Assembly: GCF_037042905.1 (NCBI RefSeq)
Contig: NC_087251.1
Coordinates: forward strand, 37,574,001-37,638,000
Origin: Lytechinus pictus
Taxonomy: Eukaryota
Direction of reading: 5' to 3'
DNA: 64,000 bases
Below are positions 44,090 to 55,758 of the stretch, piece by piece; within the stretch, counting starts at the first letter, position 1; each line of letters opens with the position of its first letter. The notes under the pieces are model-generated. The model did no database searches. It had not been told where the DNA came from and worked only from the letters and a program-made list of their open reading frames with translations. A program made the position numbers and the translations under genes.

Positions 44090-44370
44090 CAGTGCGTCCC
44101 ACACAAAAAAGAAACCGAGGTTTAGCGATGATTTATCATCTTACTCACAAAAACAATAGACAAATGACCTATCATTGTAAAGCTTAAAATCTCTTATTTC
44201 AGATGGTATAACATACAAGATTTCTCATCCACGCATGAGTCAGTAAAAACAATTTGAAGAAAGGATAGCAAAAAGTCATTTGGCGGGGGAATCAAAATTT
44301 CAAAAAGAAAATCACATGCATAAAAAGTTCAATATCTGCTCTTTGATTATTTTGATAGCTAAATCGCGGA
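44090..44370. mobile_element. Tc1/mariner-like terminal fragment
   Basis: TA|CAGTGCGTCCC end abutting (TA)n. Confidence 0.55.
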
Positions 44371-44399
44371 AAATATATTATGTATAATATCATCGATTT

Positions 44400-46550
44400 T
44401 GTTCAACGTGATATATAAGTATTACCTCAGACACTATTAAAATAAGTTAAATGGGGGTAAGGATAAGAGTATTATATACTAATTTCATATGAGGTAAAAT
44501 ATGACGTAATTTACTAAGGATGCCAGTGGTTTTAGAAATTGTGGATGAAATAGATTTTATATGATGTATCCAAGTATCCACATGTTTGTCGATAGTGCAG
44601 CCTAACATCTGGACTACTTTTGTTTAAAGCAGAACTGTTCAATTTTACTGAAAATTTTCATTTAATTCATGAGGAATAGCTCTTTCCTTATTATGGAAAT
44701 ACATATAATTACACTTCTCAACGTTGATGACAGTCAAACCACTTGCTAATATCATTGAGTTCATTTGATATTACAGAAGATGATTCAACAATATTTTCAT
44801 GTGATATTTTAACAAAGTAGTTTCGTCTGCAAATAATATAAACTTAATAATAAGCATTAGAATAATCACAGAAATCATTTACATAAATAATATAGAGAAG
44901 CGGACCAAGGATTGAACCTTTGGGAATACCGCAATTAATGGGGATGGGTCGGGGAGTGTTATATTGAAGGATACATATAACATAATATACAATATGCAGT
45001 GTACAAGGGATATACAGTATGTTAAATTACTTCAGGAATACATTGTTCAATAGTCAATCAATTCGGATGGTATTTACAAAAGTTTCCGGAATTATGTTAA
45101 GTGGAAATGAAGAGTTTTTATTCTCACTTATTGCAATATTCTTATGAGAAACTAAATTGTCATGATGTACTACCCTATCATATGAACATAAAATTGGGTA
45201 TAAAAGAAATCTACCTGTCTTCATTTTTTTCTATATATTTTCAAAAAAATTTATCATTGTCGACCTAGCCCCTTTTGCAAGTAAACTGAAATGAATCCAA
45301 TCTCTTTTGATTAAAAAAGTTATTTTTCTTTGCCACTTTCATTCACGTTTTCATTTGCATTTCAAATTTTCTTTGGTATCATCAGAGTGACTAAAAATTT
45401 AGAGGTTTGGAGACTGAAAACAATAAAATTTAAGAAAAATGGACCTAACCCCTTTTGACAAATGAGTTCTTCAGAAGAGTTTGGTTGCAAAATGGGTTAG
45501 GTCCACTCCAAGAAAATCATTTTTTTAAATTCTCCCATATTGCAATATTCTTATGCGAAACTGAATTTTAATGATACCCTACCATGAGAACATAAAATTG
45601 GGTATAAAAAAAATTTACCTGTCTTCAAATTTTTTAAGATATTCATTAAAAAAAACAAAAAAACTGTGTGGACCTAACCCCTTTTGCAACTAAACTGAAA
45701 TGGACCTAACCCCTTTTGAAAAAAACGGGATTTTTCTTTGCCATTTTAGTTTATTTTTTAATAGGAATTTCAACTTTTCTTTGGTATCATCTTATAGAGC
45801 TACTAAAAATCTATACATTGAGACATAAAAATCAAATTTGATGAAAAATTGACCTAACCCCTTTTGCAAGTGAGCTCTTCAACTACAAAAATAAGGAAGA
45901 TTTATTACAAGAACTTGAAAAGTTTCTGTTTTAGATACTCTAACCATTTCTGCATCCTGTTGATTGATTTTGTATACATGTGATTATATCGTTTTTATGA
46001 AATAAAGTACCTCGGAAGAGGAAAAGAAAATAAAAAAAGGATACACATTGTAATCTATCTTTAAAAAAAATTAAACCAGAGTAAATGAATATCACTGGTT
46101 CCATATACATAGATATTTTTTAATCAAAATATCATGGTCTATTGAGTCAAAGGCTTAGATAAGTCTATAAAGATTCAAGTCGTGTGTAATTTTTTTATTT
46201 AAAGAAAAAAATAATCGTATCATGTAAATAAATTAGAGCCATTTCAGTTGAAATATTACTTTGAAAACCATAATGACATGGATTGATAATATTGTTCGTA
46301 CAAAAATAATCATAAAATACGAGTATGTACAACTTTTTCTAATATTTTTGAGAAAAAAATGCAATATTGAAATAGGGCGGTAGTTTGAGGTATTATGTAT
46401 GTCATTAAGTGTGAATCGGTACAACTTTAGTAACTTTTAATTTTGATGAAACTATTCCTGTAGTTATAGATAAATTCAAAATGTAGGTGATATGAATTAA
46501 AATATTATGAATAATAAATTGTTTGAATAACTTTACCAAAGAAATTTAAC
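44400..46550 (-). mobile_element. Decayed CR1/L2-clade LINE reverse-transcriptase region, interrupted
   Basis: Minus-strand peptides in the expected order: SNYRPISIL (~46360-46390), IFIDLSK (~46150-46175), CGIPKGSILGPLLYIIYVNDF (~44871-44933), ILFADET (~44820-44840), LGCTIDKH (~44580-44605); frameshifted. Confidence 0.85.
45109..45880. mobile_element. Head-to-tail dimer of a ~400-bp TIR element inside the LINE
   Basis: Units ~45109-45472 and 45474-45880; GAAGAG...CTCTTC ends; repeated GACCTAACCCCTTTTGCAA. Confidence 0.75.
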
Positions 46551-46562
46551 AACATTTAAACT

Positions 46563-47125
46563 TCAGTTTGAGAGCATTGGACTCATAATCGCAAGGTTGT
46601 GAGTTCGAATCCCCACTCTGCCATTGTCTCCACTTTGACAAAAACAATCCTAGAGTAATACCTGTCGTCTATAAGGTCAGCCTCTATATGACTAATTAAC
46701 CTAGACATAAGGGCCCGTATTCTGAAGTCAGGTTTAACTTAAACTCAGGTTTAAAGTTGTGGTTTAAGTATGGGAAGCCAAAAGTATCAACATTTTTATT
46801 AAGTTGTGTGTTTCGTATGTTTACTGTGCTCTTTCCTGATTCATCGATGGTGAAGACAATCATCTATTTATACTTCCTAGACAATTATGAATGATTTGAG
46901 AGCCAAATGAGCAGAAATATGATATCTCTACTGTTAGTGATTTATGTAACAATTTGCTTCCCATACTTAAACCACAATTTTAAACCTGAGTCTAAGTTAA
47001 ACCTGACTTCAGAATACGGGCCAATATGTTTCCTATATAGGTAATTGGTTATATATACTAGCTTGGCGTTTACCAGCAAAAGAGCTGTCCTGCCGAGTTC
47101 CTGCGGGAGAATCTGAAACAGAAAC
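46563..47125 (+). mobile_element. tRNA-derived SINE (tRNA-Met-like head), split by a family A MITE
   Basis: GACTCATAATC anticodon-arm-like segment, B box GAGTTCGAATCCC at 46601-46613, then CCA; 5' acceptor strand missing. Confidence 0.65.
46712..47022. mobile_element. 311-bp MITE, family A copy 3 (inverted, extended TIRs), inserted in a SINE
   Basis: Interior is the reverse complement of copy 1; arms of about 65 bp. Confidence 0.9.
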
Positions 47126-47494
47126 TTTGATCAATAGGTTTTAAGAAAGAGTGATTTTTCAGGTATTTTATACAACATGTATTGTTCAAAATAACAAATT
47201 GTTGTCAGTTAATATAAGCAATTGGTTGCAAAGATTCACAAAGAGATCATTAACGGACACGCAATAACTTTATTATCTTCAAATTTGTCACCATTTATAA
47301 TCATATACTTTAATTTGTACAGTTTTATTGTTATTTCTTATCGAATCCTCTATAATGTTCCAGGCATTTTGAAGGTTATTTTTGTTGACTCGAAATTTCT
47401 AACTTGTTTTACAAACGAGACAATCAATTATGACAGAATTAGTTTTTTTTTTCAGATAACACCCCTATTGTTAGAACTACGTCATTGAAATTTT

Positions 47495-48330
47495 TTTTTC
47501 TTAGGTGTAATAATCAATAGTAAATTATCATATTTGTACCAACATTTCACATGTAGAAACATCGGTATATTATATAAACTCAAATATTTTTCCCCGACAA
47601 TATTATTAATGATTTATAACGCCTTTATATCATTTTACCTCCAATGCTGCAATATTACCTGGGGTTCTGCTACTAATTATTCAATGTCTAGAGTATTACG
47701 ATTACAAAAAAGGCTATTAGAATTATTTCTCATTCCGGTTACCTTGCTCAAACTACACCATCATTTTCTCTTGAATATATTTGATTTATGCTTCTTCAAC
47801 TTGGCTATTTTCATGTACCTCTGTTATAAAAAAAATTATTCCACTAAGTCTTTCTGATAAATTTTCTTTGAATGACGATTTCCATTCATAATCATAATTA
47901 TAATACACGCAGTTCCTTTCATTTTCACTTACCATTGACGAGTCAGAACTAATGTTGCTAAAAATTCAATTTTTTTCAACAGTCCCTTCATTTGGTATAA
48001 CATTCCTTTATTATAAAAGATATAGCCATTCCCTTCCCGTTTTCAAAATGAGACTTAATTGAAAACTACAATACTCAATATTTTTCTGAATTACAGGCTT
48101 TATCGTTACATTGTTTATGTTGCGTAATTAGGTTTTTAGGTGTTGTATATTGTAAGTTTTCTTGTATTGGTGGCAGCACCAATAAGGCTTCTCCGCCTTC
48201 TAAGCTGTCTCCTCGTTTCAAATATTATTTATATTTTTTGTATATTTCTATATCAATATGTATTGTAAGTATTATTTTTAATATATGAACGAAATCAATT
48301 CATATGGATATGAATGAATGAATTAAATAA
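47495..48330 (+). mobile_element. Decayed CR1/L2-clade LINE 3' portion
   Basis: FLGVIINSKLS, RNIGILYKLKY, LQCCNITWGSAT...RLQKR; ends in (TGAA)n. Confidence 0.75.
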
Positions 48331-48807
48331 ATTATAATACTATATAATCTTTTCGGGCATTACGTAATAATAACCAATAAAACAATAAGTAACAAATGAA
48401 TAAATAAGTAGATAAATGAATAAATAAATGAAAAAATAGATAGGTAGATAAATAAATACATAAATATATAGATAGATAAATAAATGAATAAACAAATAAA
48501 TAATTAAAATGATTGTCATACAAAAGCTGATCTCAGTTGTACGGTTAGGGGGCCCTCCGAGAGACTAAAGCACCCCACCCCTATGATCGTTGGATCTGAT
48601 ATTTTGTATCATAATAATCTTAACTGTCGATGATCCAAACTCAAATGTGTTAAGAGATCATAACGCACAGTTATACGATTCTCAATAATCATACAAAAAA
48701 AATGTAATGTAACCCCCATCTGACTTGCTAGAGGTGGCCGTTCGTAATGGTGGGGGGGGGGGGGGGCAGCGAGGCACTCTTTCAGCAACCGATTGTCATG
48801 ATATTTA

Positions 48808-49615
48808 GGCTGCGTTTATGCGACCTCAAGCCAGAATCATGATTTGAATCATGATTTGAATCATGATTCAAAACACAAACATGAATCACGATATCACAGA
48901 ATCAGCGTTTAGACGACCTTCATTCCAAAGCTGTTTCTCCTCAGATTCGGGCCAATCCAGTGCGCATCACTAGTGCGCAGTTTGACAGAGGAAGTTTTTC
49001 GCACGTGTTTCGGCTCTCGAAAAATATTTTGCTTCCAGAATTCAACCTAAGTTTACTTCTATCATATAGGGTCCATATGCTTCTATTCATCTTGTTAGTT
49101 AATCCAAAATGGTGTTCGGAAGTGAATTTCAGCGTAGATCCAATTTAATATTGACACTCTATACTCAACAACAACTGAGATCATTGTCTGTCCAGTTAAT
49201 TCATTTACTAGAACTTGAAGTTGAAGACATGACCAAAAAATGAAAAGTAGTGGACGATGCGAAGACCAACACAGAATTTGAACATGACAAGAAATGCATG
49301 CAGAGTAATCATGTACATACAATGAGCACATAGAGAGCCTTGAGCTTGGCAAGAGTCAAACCGAAAGCCGTAGCCCGACACAGTGAGGTCATATAATCAT
49401 GATTCAAATCACGATATCGTTTATTCGAACATTTTCGTACGTGATTCTGCAGAAACGTCTTTCCAAACGCCCCTTTTTTTGTGTTTCATGTTTGTGATTC
49501 TAATCATGATTATATTCAATTTCGACTAAACGCAATCGTGATTCTGCAGAATCATGATTTGAATCATGATTCGAATCATGATTATAGGGTAAAAAAGTGG
49601 CGGATAAACGCACCC
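48808..49615. mobile_element. ~808-bp non-autonomous PIF/Harbinger element
   Basis: TTA|GGCTGCGTTTAT ... ATAAACGCACCC|TTA; subterminal GAATCATGATT repeats at both ends. Confidence 0.85.
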
Positions 49616-50194
49616 TTAGGCAGCCAGGTGTCTGACTATCCAAACACTTTACAGGGAGATGTACATTGAAAATCGAATTTAGTGCACTTTGTTTGATAAT
49701 TCTTCACATTCATAACAAAATATCATTTTTGCCTGTTTCTCACTTAACACGCTTTTAAAGAAGCACAATAGTTCTTGATGGCAAGAAAATGCCAGAATAG
49801 ACTCGTAGTACTCTACAGATATGGCGATGAAAATATTTATGGATATTTTAGGTATCGCGTATTTTGATAGCATTCATATCATCTCTTATGTGCCTCTTTC
49901 ATAGGCCTATATGTAACAAGAAATTTCAGCTCGCGCTTCGCGCTCGTATTATTTGTCTAATGAGATAGACGTATAATAGTACTGTTCGCTATTACATAAT
50001 AGTATGTCAAGCAATTTGAGCACGCATTACCCGTTTAAAGCTATATTCGCAACCCGTTTAATGATGTATTTTAATACAATTACAAAAATGTGCTTAAAAC
50101 CCGTTTTATACAACAGTGGATTAGGATTCAAATAAAAATGTATTTCTTACTATTCCTTTAAGAGTAATTTACAACTGGAATATGGATGCTCATG

Positions 50195-50364
50195 CAGTGG
50201 TGGCACCGGGAATGTTAAAGTTGGGGACTATAGTGGAAGGCAAAATAAAATGTTGGGGTGTGGATTACTATATTAACAAGTTTTTCTATCATTATTATCG
50301 TTATTAATTATTTGAATTGTTTATTCTATTTTTTTTTGGGGGGGACCATTAAGTGCCGCCACCG
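50195..50364. mobile_element. hAT-like MITE
   Basis: CAGTGGTGGCAC ... GTGCCGCCACCG; 8-bp flanks TGCTCATG/TGCTTATG. Confidence 0.65.
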
Positions 50365-52659
50365 TGCTTATGAGAGCGTACATTTTTCTCTTTACCATTG
50401 TTCCACAAAAATGTCTGCATGGAGGCCGGGGGGGTGGGGGGGGGGAGGTGCAAGTGCCACTACCATGGGGGATGCCGCCACTGGGTTAGGCTACGGGGGG
50501 ATTAATTGTCTCTTTCATGATTTTCTAGGATGGCCTGCACGAGAACGTTATGTCTTTGAAAAAAAAACTAATTGAAAAATAAATATGGAACCCCAATTCT
50601 AATCATTACGAATAAAGGCATGAAAGACATTATGTGTGAGCTAGTCTACCAAAGTGGGAGAAGCCCCCGTTTCGATGAGAGAGAAGTCATTGTGTGTTCT
50701 CATTCTCATTTATAAAAAACTCTCATTCTTTCTGTCAAATCATACGGGTTATTCACAGTACATGCAATATGCCCTTTAAAAACAAAGTAAATATAATTAA
50801 CGCAATAATAGCCTATATACTTTCAGGGTTAAAGTTATTATCATCGATGCCATGGCGCTATATGAAACTAGACCTGTCTGTCATTAAAAATGATAAAAAT
50901 CCCGTTTTAGGCCTATTACGCAGGGTTAACCAATAAGTTAATAAAACTGCTCTGCGGGCTCAGCACCTCAGTTTTTGCCCACTCCCAAACTTTGGTATAG
51001 GCCTATAGACTGCATGATCATCAACAAAACCATATACCATATTATACAAACCCTAAATGATTTATGCCCCATTTACTTTGTATTATATTCTCGGTCAATA
51101 AAGAATTGTCTACACGGACCATATAGAGATATATTACTAGTTTGACACGGACATATGTCTGAACTTTGATTATTAACATTTTTATTTTTAACTGCATCTT
51201 CCCAGAAAATTATATATTTTTTTTCATTTTAAATTATTTATGAGCATGTTTGCACAATATTCCAGACACTTTCATAGGCCTGTATTTTCTGCAGAATCAT
51301 GGAAGGCGGCCTGACACCGAAAAAATCATCCCTGAATTACAATTTGGACAAACGAGATTTTGTCAAAAGAAACGAATTTTGCGTCATTTGGTAAGAAGTT
51401 GATGGACAGAATATTTAATGCCCTGGCGAGAATCACCACGTGCCATGCTACAAAAGCTTGAATGGAGTCAAAGGGTGCGTGGGCGTTGACTGCTCTGGGC
51501 TCTCTTACCACTCTTCAAAGTTTGTGATTTAGTATGTCACCAAACAACACTCCGCATCTTTTTTGTTTGCAGATCAGTCACAATTCTGAGAAAAGCGGAC
51601 ATGAGATTCTTTTGTTGGAGAATTGGGGTAATCGTCATTTCAGAGTCAGAAGAAAACAAGAGATAATTGGTTCCCTTCTACCAATTTGTTTTTATAATGT
51701 TAAAACTATTCTTTGAATGCTTCCGGCTGTTCGCGTGTGCCAGCTCCAGATTGAGGGGGAGAAAGGATTAGAATGTAACGGAGAATGTAACGGTATAGTC
51801 AACGATTAGCGTGAAGCCTAATCACCATTGTTATTGTTTGTTTAGCTTTATTTGATGTTCTTCACATTTTCTTCAGTGGTTTCATTTAGACCGGAGCATG
51901 TTTTCATTTGGAACGGAAGTGCAAGCAAGATCGTAAAATATCATAATCATAATCAATCATGACGTCACTTCTTTCTGCTAATTTACATACAGCGAGCTTG
52001 GCTCACAAAGTGAACAGTCCGGTCGAATCACGCATGTGGTTGATATGATGTGAAATAAATGATGAAATATCAGGGGAACTGATGTTCATATATCATGTGT
52101 TTACGAAGCAATATCTTCGAGCAAATAGCTATATCGGTAAAAATAGTTGTTCTCGGTAAAATTTAGAAGAGTGCACATTGTTATTTTGGAGCTTGTTTAT
52201 TTACGTCAGCGCGGATGGATAATGTATTTTACATATCGAAAGGCCATTTGTTGCATAGTAATGAGATGAGAGCAGTATACACACACACACGCTCGTGATA
52301 TATATACTGTGTGTGTATAATTGTGTGGAAAGAAATGGTACGTTCGATTTCCGTGCTCGGATGCATGTCGAAGTCTTTGAAAAGGTGTGGAATTTCACAT
52401 AAAAGCATCGGTAAGCATTGTTGTGCCAGCTGCATGCATAGTGCATATGCATTTTAGAAATTTATGCTATTATTTCTGAGATTTTTGCAGGATGTCATTT
52501 TTGTGTAGGTGCTAAAACAAGGAAGTGGTCGTTCTAGGGACTGTCGGTGTCGCACTCGGGGTAGTTTTTCAAGATTTGTACATTGATCAGTGCATTGCAG
52601 CATATGGGTGTGTGTGTGTGTGTGTTAGTGAGTGAGTGAATCGCCAGCATGTGTGTAAT

Positions 52660-52927
52660 GAATCAATGCGAGGGCCGCCGAGCCAGAGCCGAGAGCAGCT
52701 GTGAACGCGCACGCGTCAGTCAGTGTGATTGTTTTAGGCCAGTGCAGTTAGCGAGGGAGGAGGGGCACTTTCGGCCTGCCTGCACCGGCCCTGCAGTAGA
52801 GTCGCAGGCCGCGTAGTCTCTATCCCAAATCAAACCAGGTCCAGATCCTCCTGGCCGGACCTGATTTCCCAGTCAAATGACCAATTAACCGTCTTGAATT
52901 ATTGTACACTTATTAGGAGATTGAAAG
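52660..52927 (+). promoter_or_regulatory. Candidate promoter and non-coding first exon of a downstream gene
   Basis: Local CpG/GC-rich patch, Inr-like TCAGTC at 52716, donor AAG|GTATTT after 52927; no ORF. Confidence 0.4.
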
Positions 52928-53345
52928 GTATTTTTATTTAAGTCTTACCTCGCCTTGAACTACATCTAGAGTAGAGAGTAGAGACGAGTAACTAACTAAG
53001 TTAACTTAAACTTTAAAGAAATTATTTAAAGTTAACGTTAGTTCAGCGCTGGTTTTTCTCCGGCTGATTTACCTCGCCATAATTGTTCGCAAATACCACA
53101 GTCATAGAATGTCCCTCAATCACATTTCAAGGTCAATATGCCCATTGTCCACCACTTTTACGAATATCGCGATTGGAAATGGCTGTATTTTAGGTTCGAT
53201 CTCAACGTCGTTTGAATTCTTAGACATTGTTTGCTTAGCCTCGCCTGGAACTACATCTAGAGTAGAGAGTAGAGACAAGTAACTAAGTTAAAGAAATTAT
53301 TTAAAGTTCAGCGCTGGTTTTTCTCTGGCTGATTTACCTCGCTAT

Positions 53346-55758
53346 AAGGGGTCGCTCACACAGCTTTGTTTTTTAATACAAGACCTGAAGTTTCTGGGAC
53401 AATTTTTTTTCCGACTTTGGCAGCCATTTTTTATTTAAAAATGGCCGCCAAAGTATGGATACAAATTAGTATTGAAAATGGTATATTGATACACATCTTG
53501 TCTTGACAGATTTTTAAAGAACAGGTTTTATCATGATGTTTTCCCCTGTGATTTAGCTTGCTATTATAACACTTTATAAAATCCCACAGAAAGAAACACC
53601 AGTAATTCATTTATCTGATAAAAAAATATTAATGAAGTATGTGATATGGTATGTAATGTCAGTTACCAAAAACATGAACTTTTTTTTCTCATTTCCCAGA
53701 AAAGAAAATATATTATATGAAACTTAGTAGATTTCCTCCTTAGGTAACACCCTCCCTTCTACACCAAAAGTAAAGATAATCAATTAACAATCAAGCCATA
53801 GGGTACCATTAAATATGTGTAACGTCAGTTACCAAGTGGAAAATGTAATGTCAGTTAACGAGATGTAATGTCAGTTACTATGATGAAATGTTGGTTACCA
53901 ATAGTGAAATGCAAATGTGGTCAATTTTATGGTGAAAAAAAATTGTATAGGACCCTACTTGTTACTTAAGTCTTTCACTTAGTTAAATCACACCAGAAGG
54001 AGCTTGCTATTGACTTTTAAAAGGTACATGTATAGTTCACAAGGAATACTATATAAAATTATGAAGGAAGTTGCATTCCCATCGTGCAAAAAATTACTGT
54101 GAAATTGTTTTGCATATGTACATGTACTTGCCAAGTACCTAATTGTTTGTATCAGACAAAAAATACATATTTCTTTTTTTTTTGGTTTTCGAGGGGGGGG
54201 GGGAGGGGGTACTTTTCCAACCTATTTCCCAAATCTGCAACATTTGATAAAAGCTTAACATTGCGATGAATGGGGGTTTCCAGGGCCCTCTTTTTTTAGT
54301 TTCTAGGATTCTTGTGAGTATTGCCGGGCTAAAAGTAAATTCCTGGTTTTTATACCTGTCAGTAGTGTAGATGTGTGATACAATTTTTGTTTTTGGTTTA
54401 CAAGTATAGATGAAAAGTGAAATTTGACAGTTCTGATCAATGTTGCATGGACCTACTGTGTCTTTTTTCTAATTTACAAATAGCTCTGGGGCCCGTTGCA
54501 GAAAGAGTTGCAATCAATCGCAACTCTAAAAATCATGCGCAAGTCCCAAATGCGCGTTGTTGATTGGTCGAAAATCAAGTTGCGCATGATTTTTAGATTT
54601 GCGATTGATTGCAACTCTTTCTGCAACGGGCCCCAGTTCAGTTTAGAAGCTGGAGTTTATTATTTTTTTTGACAGCTTTAAAAAAAAATTATAAAAGAGA
54701 ATGATTAAACAAATTATGAAGAAAATTGAAATCCAACAGATATGAACAAGCATTGCTTGCACTGACCAGAATATAAATCAATAAAACTGCATGGCTGCAT
54801 GAGATTCGGGGGAGGGGTAGCCTAGGGGAAGAGACCCTTATTCATTTTGTCTTTTTTGAGGTGAGGGGGAGGTTGGAGAAGGAAAAGGTTTAAAAAGTCG
54901 ATATAAAGTGATGAATATAATGTAAATAGGTGTATAGTCAGAAAAATCCATGTGTACAGTCAATGCAATATTAAATTACTATAGGAATACATGTACATGT
55001 AGCTGCCATGACCCCCCACCCCTCCCGAGTAAGTAAAACATACATTTCTTATCTTCTGATGATTTTGAAATGTGAACTATTATGAAACTTTTATGATTAT
55101 AAAAAGCCTTACATATAAGTACCAAGAAAATTATGCCTTTGAAAATCATATAGCACTGTTAAATGTTAATGTGAAATGTCAGTCACCGACAAGTAATAAT
55201 AAAATGTTCAAATCAAAGAAAAGGAATGAAGAAAAATATTTTTTTTTTTCATTGAAATGTTCCTAGAAACCCGGGTATACTTCCACATCAAGCTCACTTT
55301 AATGTGATACCTTGCACAGAAGATACAATGCAATGATTCCACACATTTGACTTCCATGTGTTATCTCTATGGCAAATTAAGTGTAACGTCAGTTACTAGC
55401 ATGGTCGTGGAAAAATTATCATAGCCGCCAAAAGACAAAAACAAATTATTTAATATTTTGACACATCTTAACCTAGTAATGAAGGTATATTTACATATTC
55501 AATTATTACTCTATCTACTCAGGGACATGAGATATTTCAATTTTACCTAAAATTGCAATGTCAGTTACCGACACATTTTTGCTTGCTGATGCGTAACAAA
55601 TGTGGTTACATTGAAAAACTTAGTATCAGAGTATACAGCAAGGTTCACTTTATTAACTGTATCAAAAGCAAACTCCCATCATTTGTTGTTTTAGAGATAC
55701 ACACAATGAAAGGTGTGTAAAATTGTGCCGTGTAACGTCAGTTACCGTGAAAATGCCC
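53346..55758. mobile_element. DNA-transposon remnant with GTAA(C/T)GTCAGTTAC subterminal repeats
   Basis: Motif at about 53653, 53819, 53845, 53866, 55383, 55556 and 55732; boundaries approximate. Confidence 0.5.
54489..54633. mobile_element. Near-perfect Harbinger-like MITE hairpin
   Basis: ~55-bp arms GGGCCCGTTGCAGAAAGAGTTGCAATCAATCGCAA...; CTG/CAG flanks. Confidence 0.88.

Noticed and set aside
46563..46623. Functional tRNA-Met gene
   Set aside because: The acceptor stem and A box are incomplete and the sequence continues into a SINE-like body.
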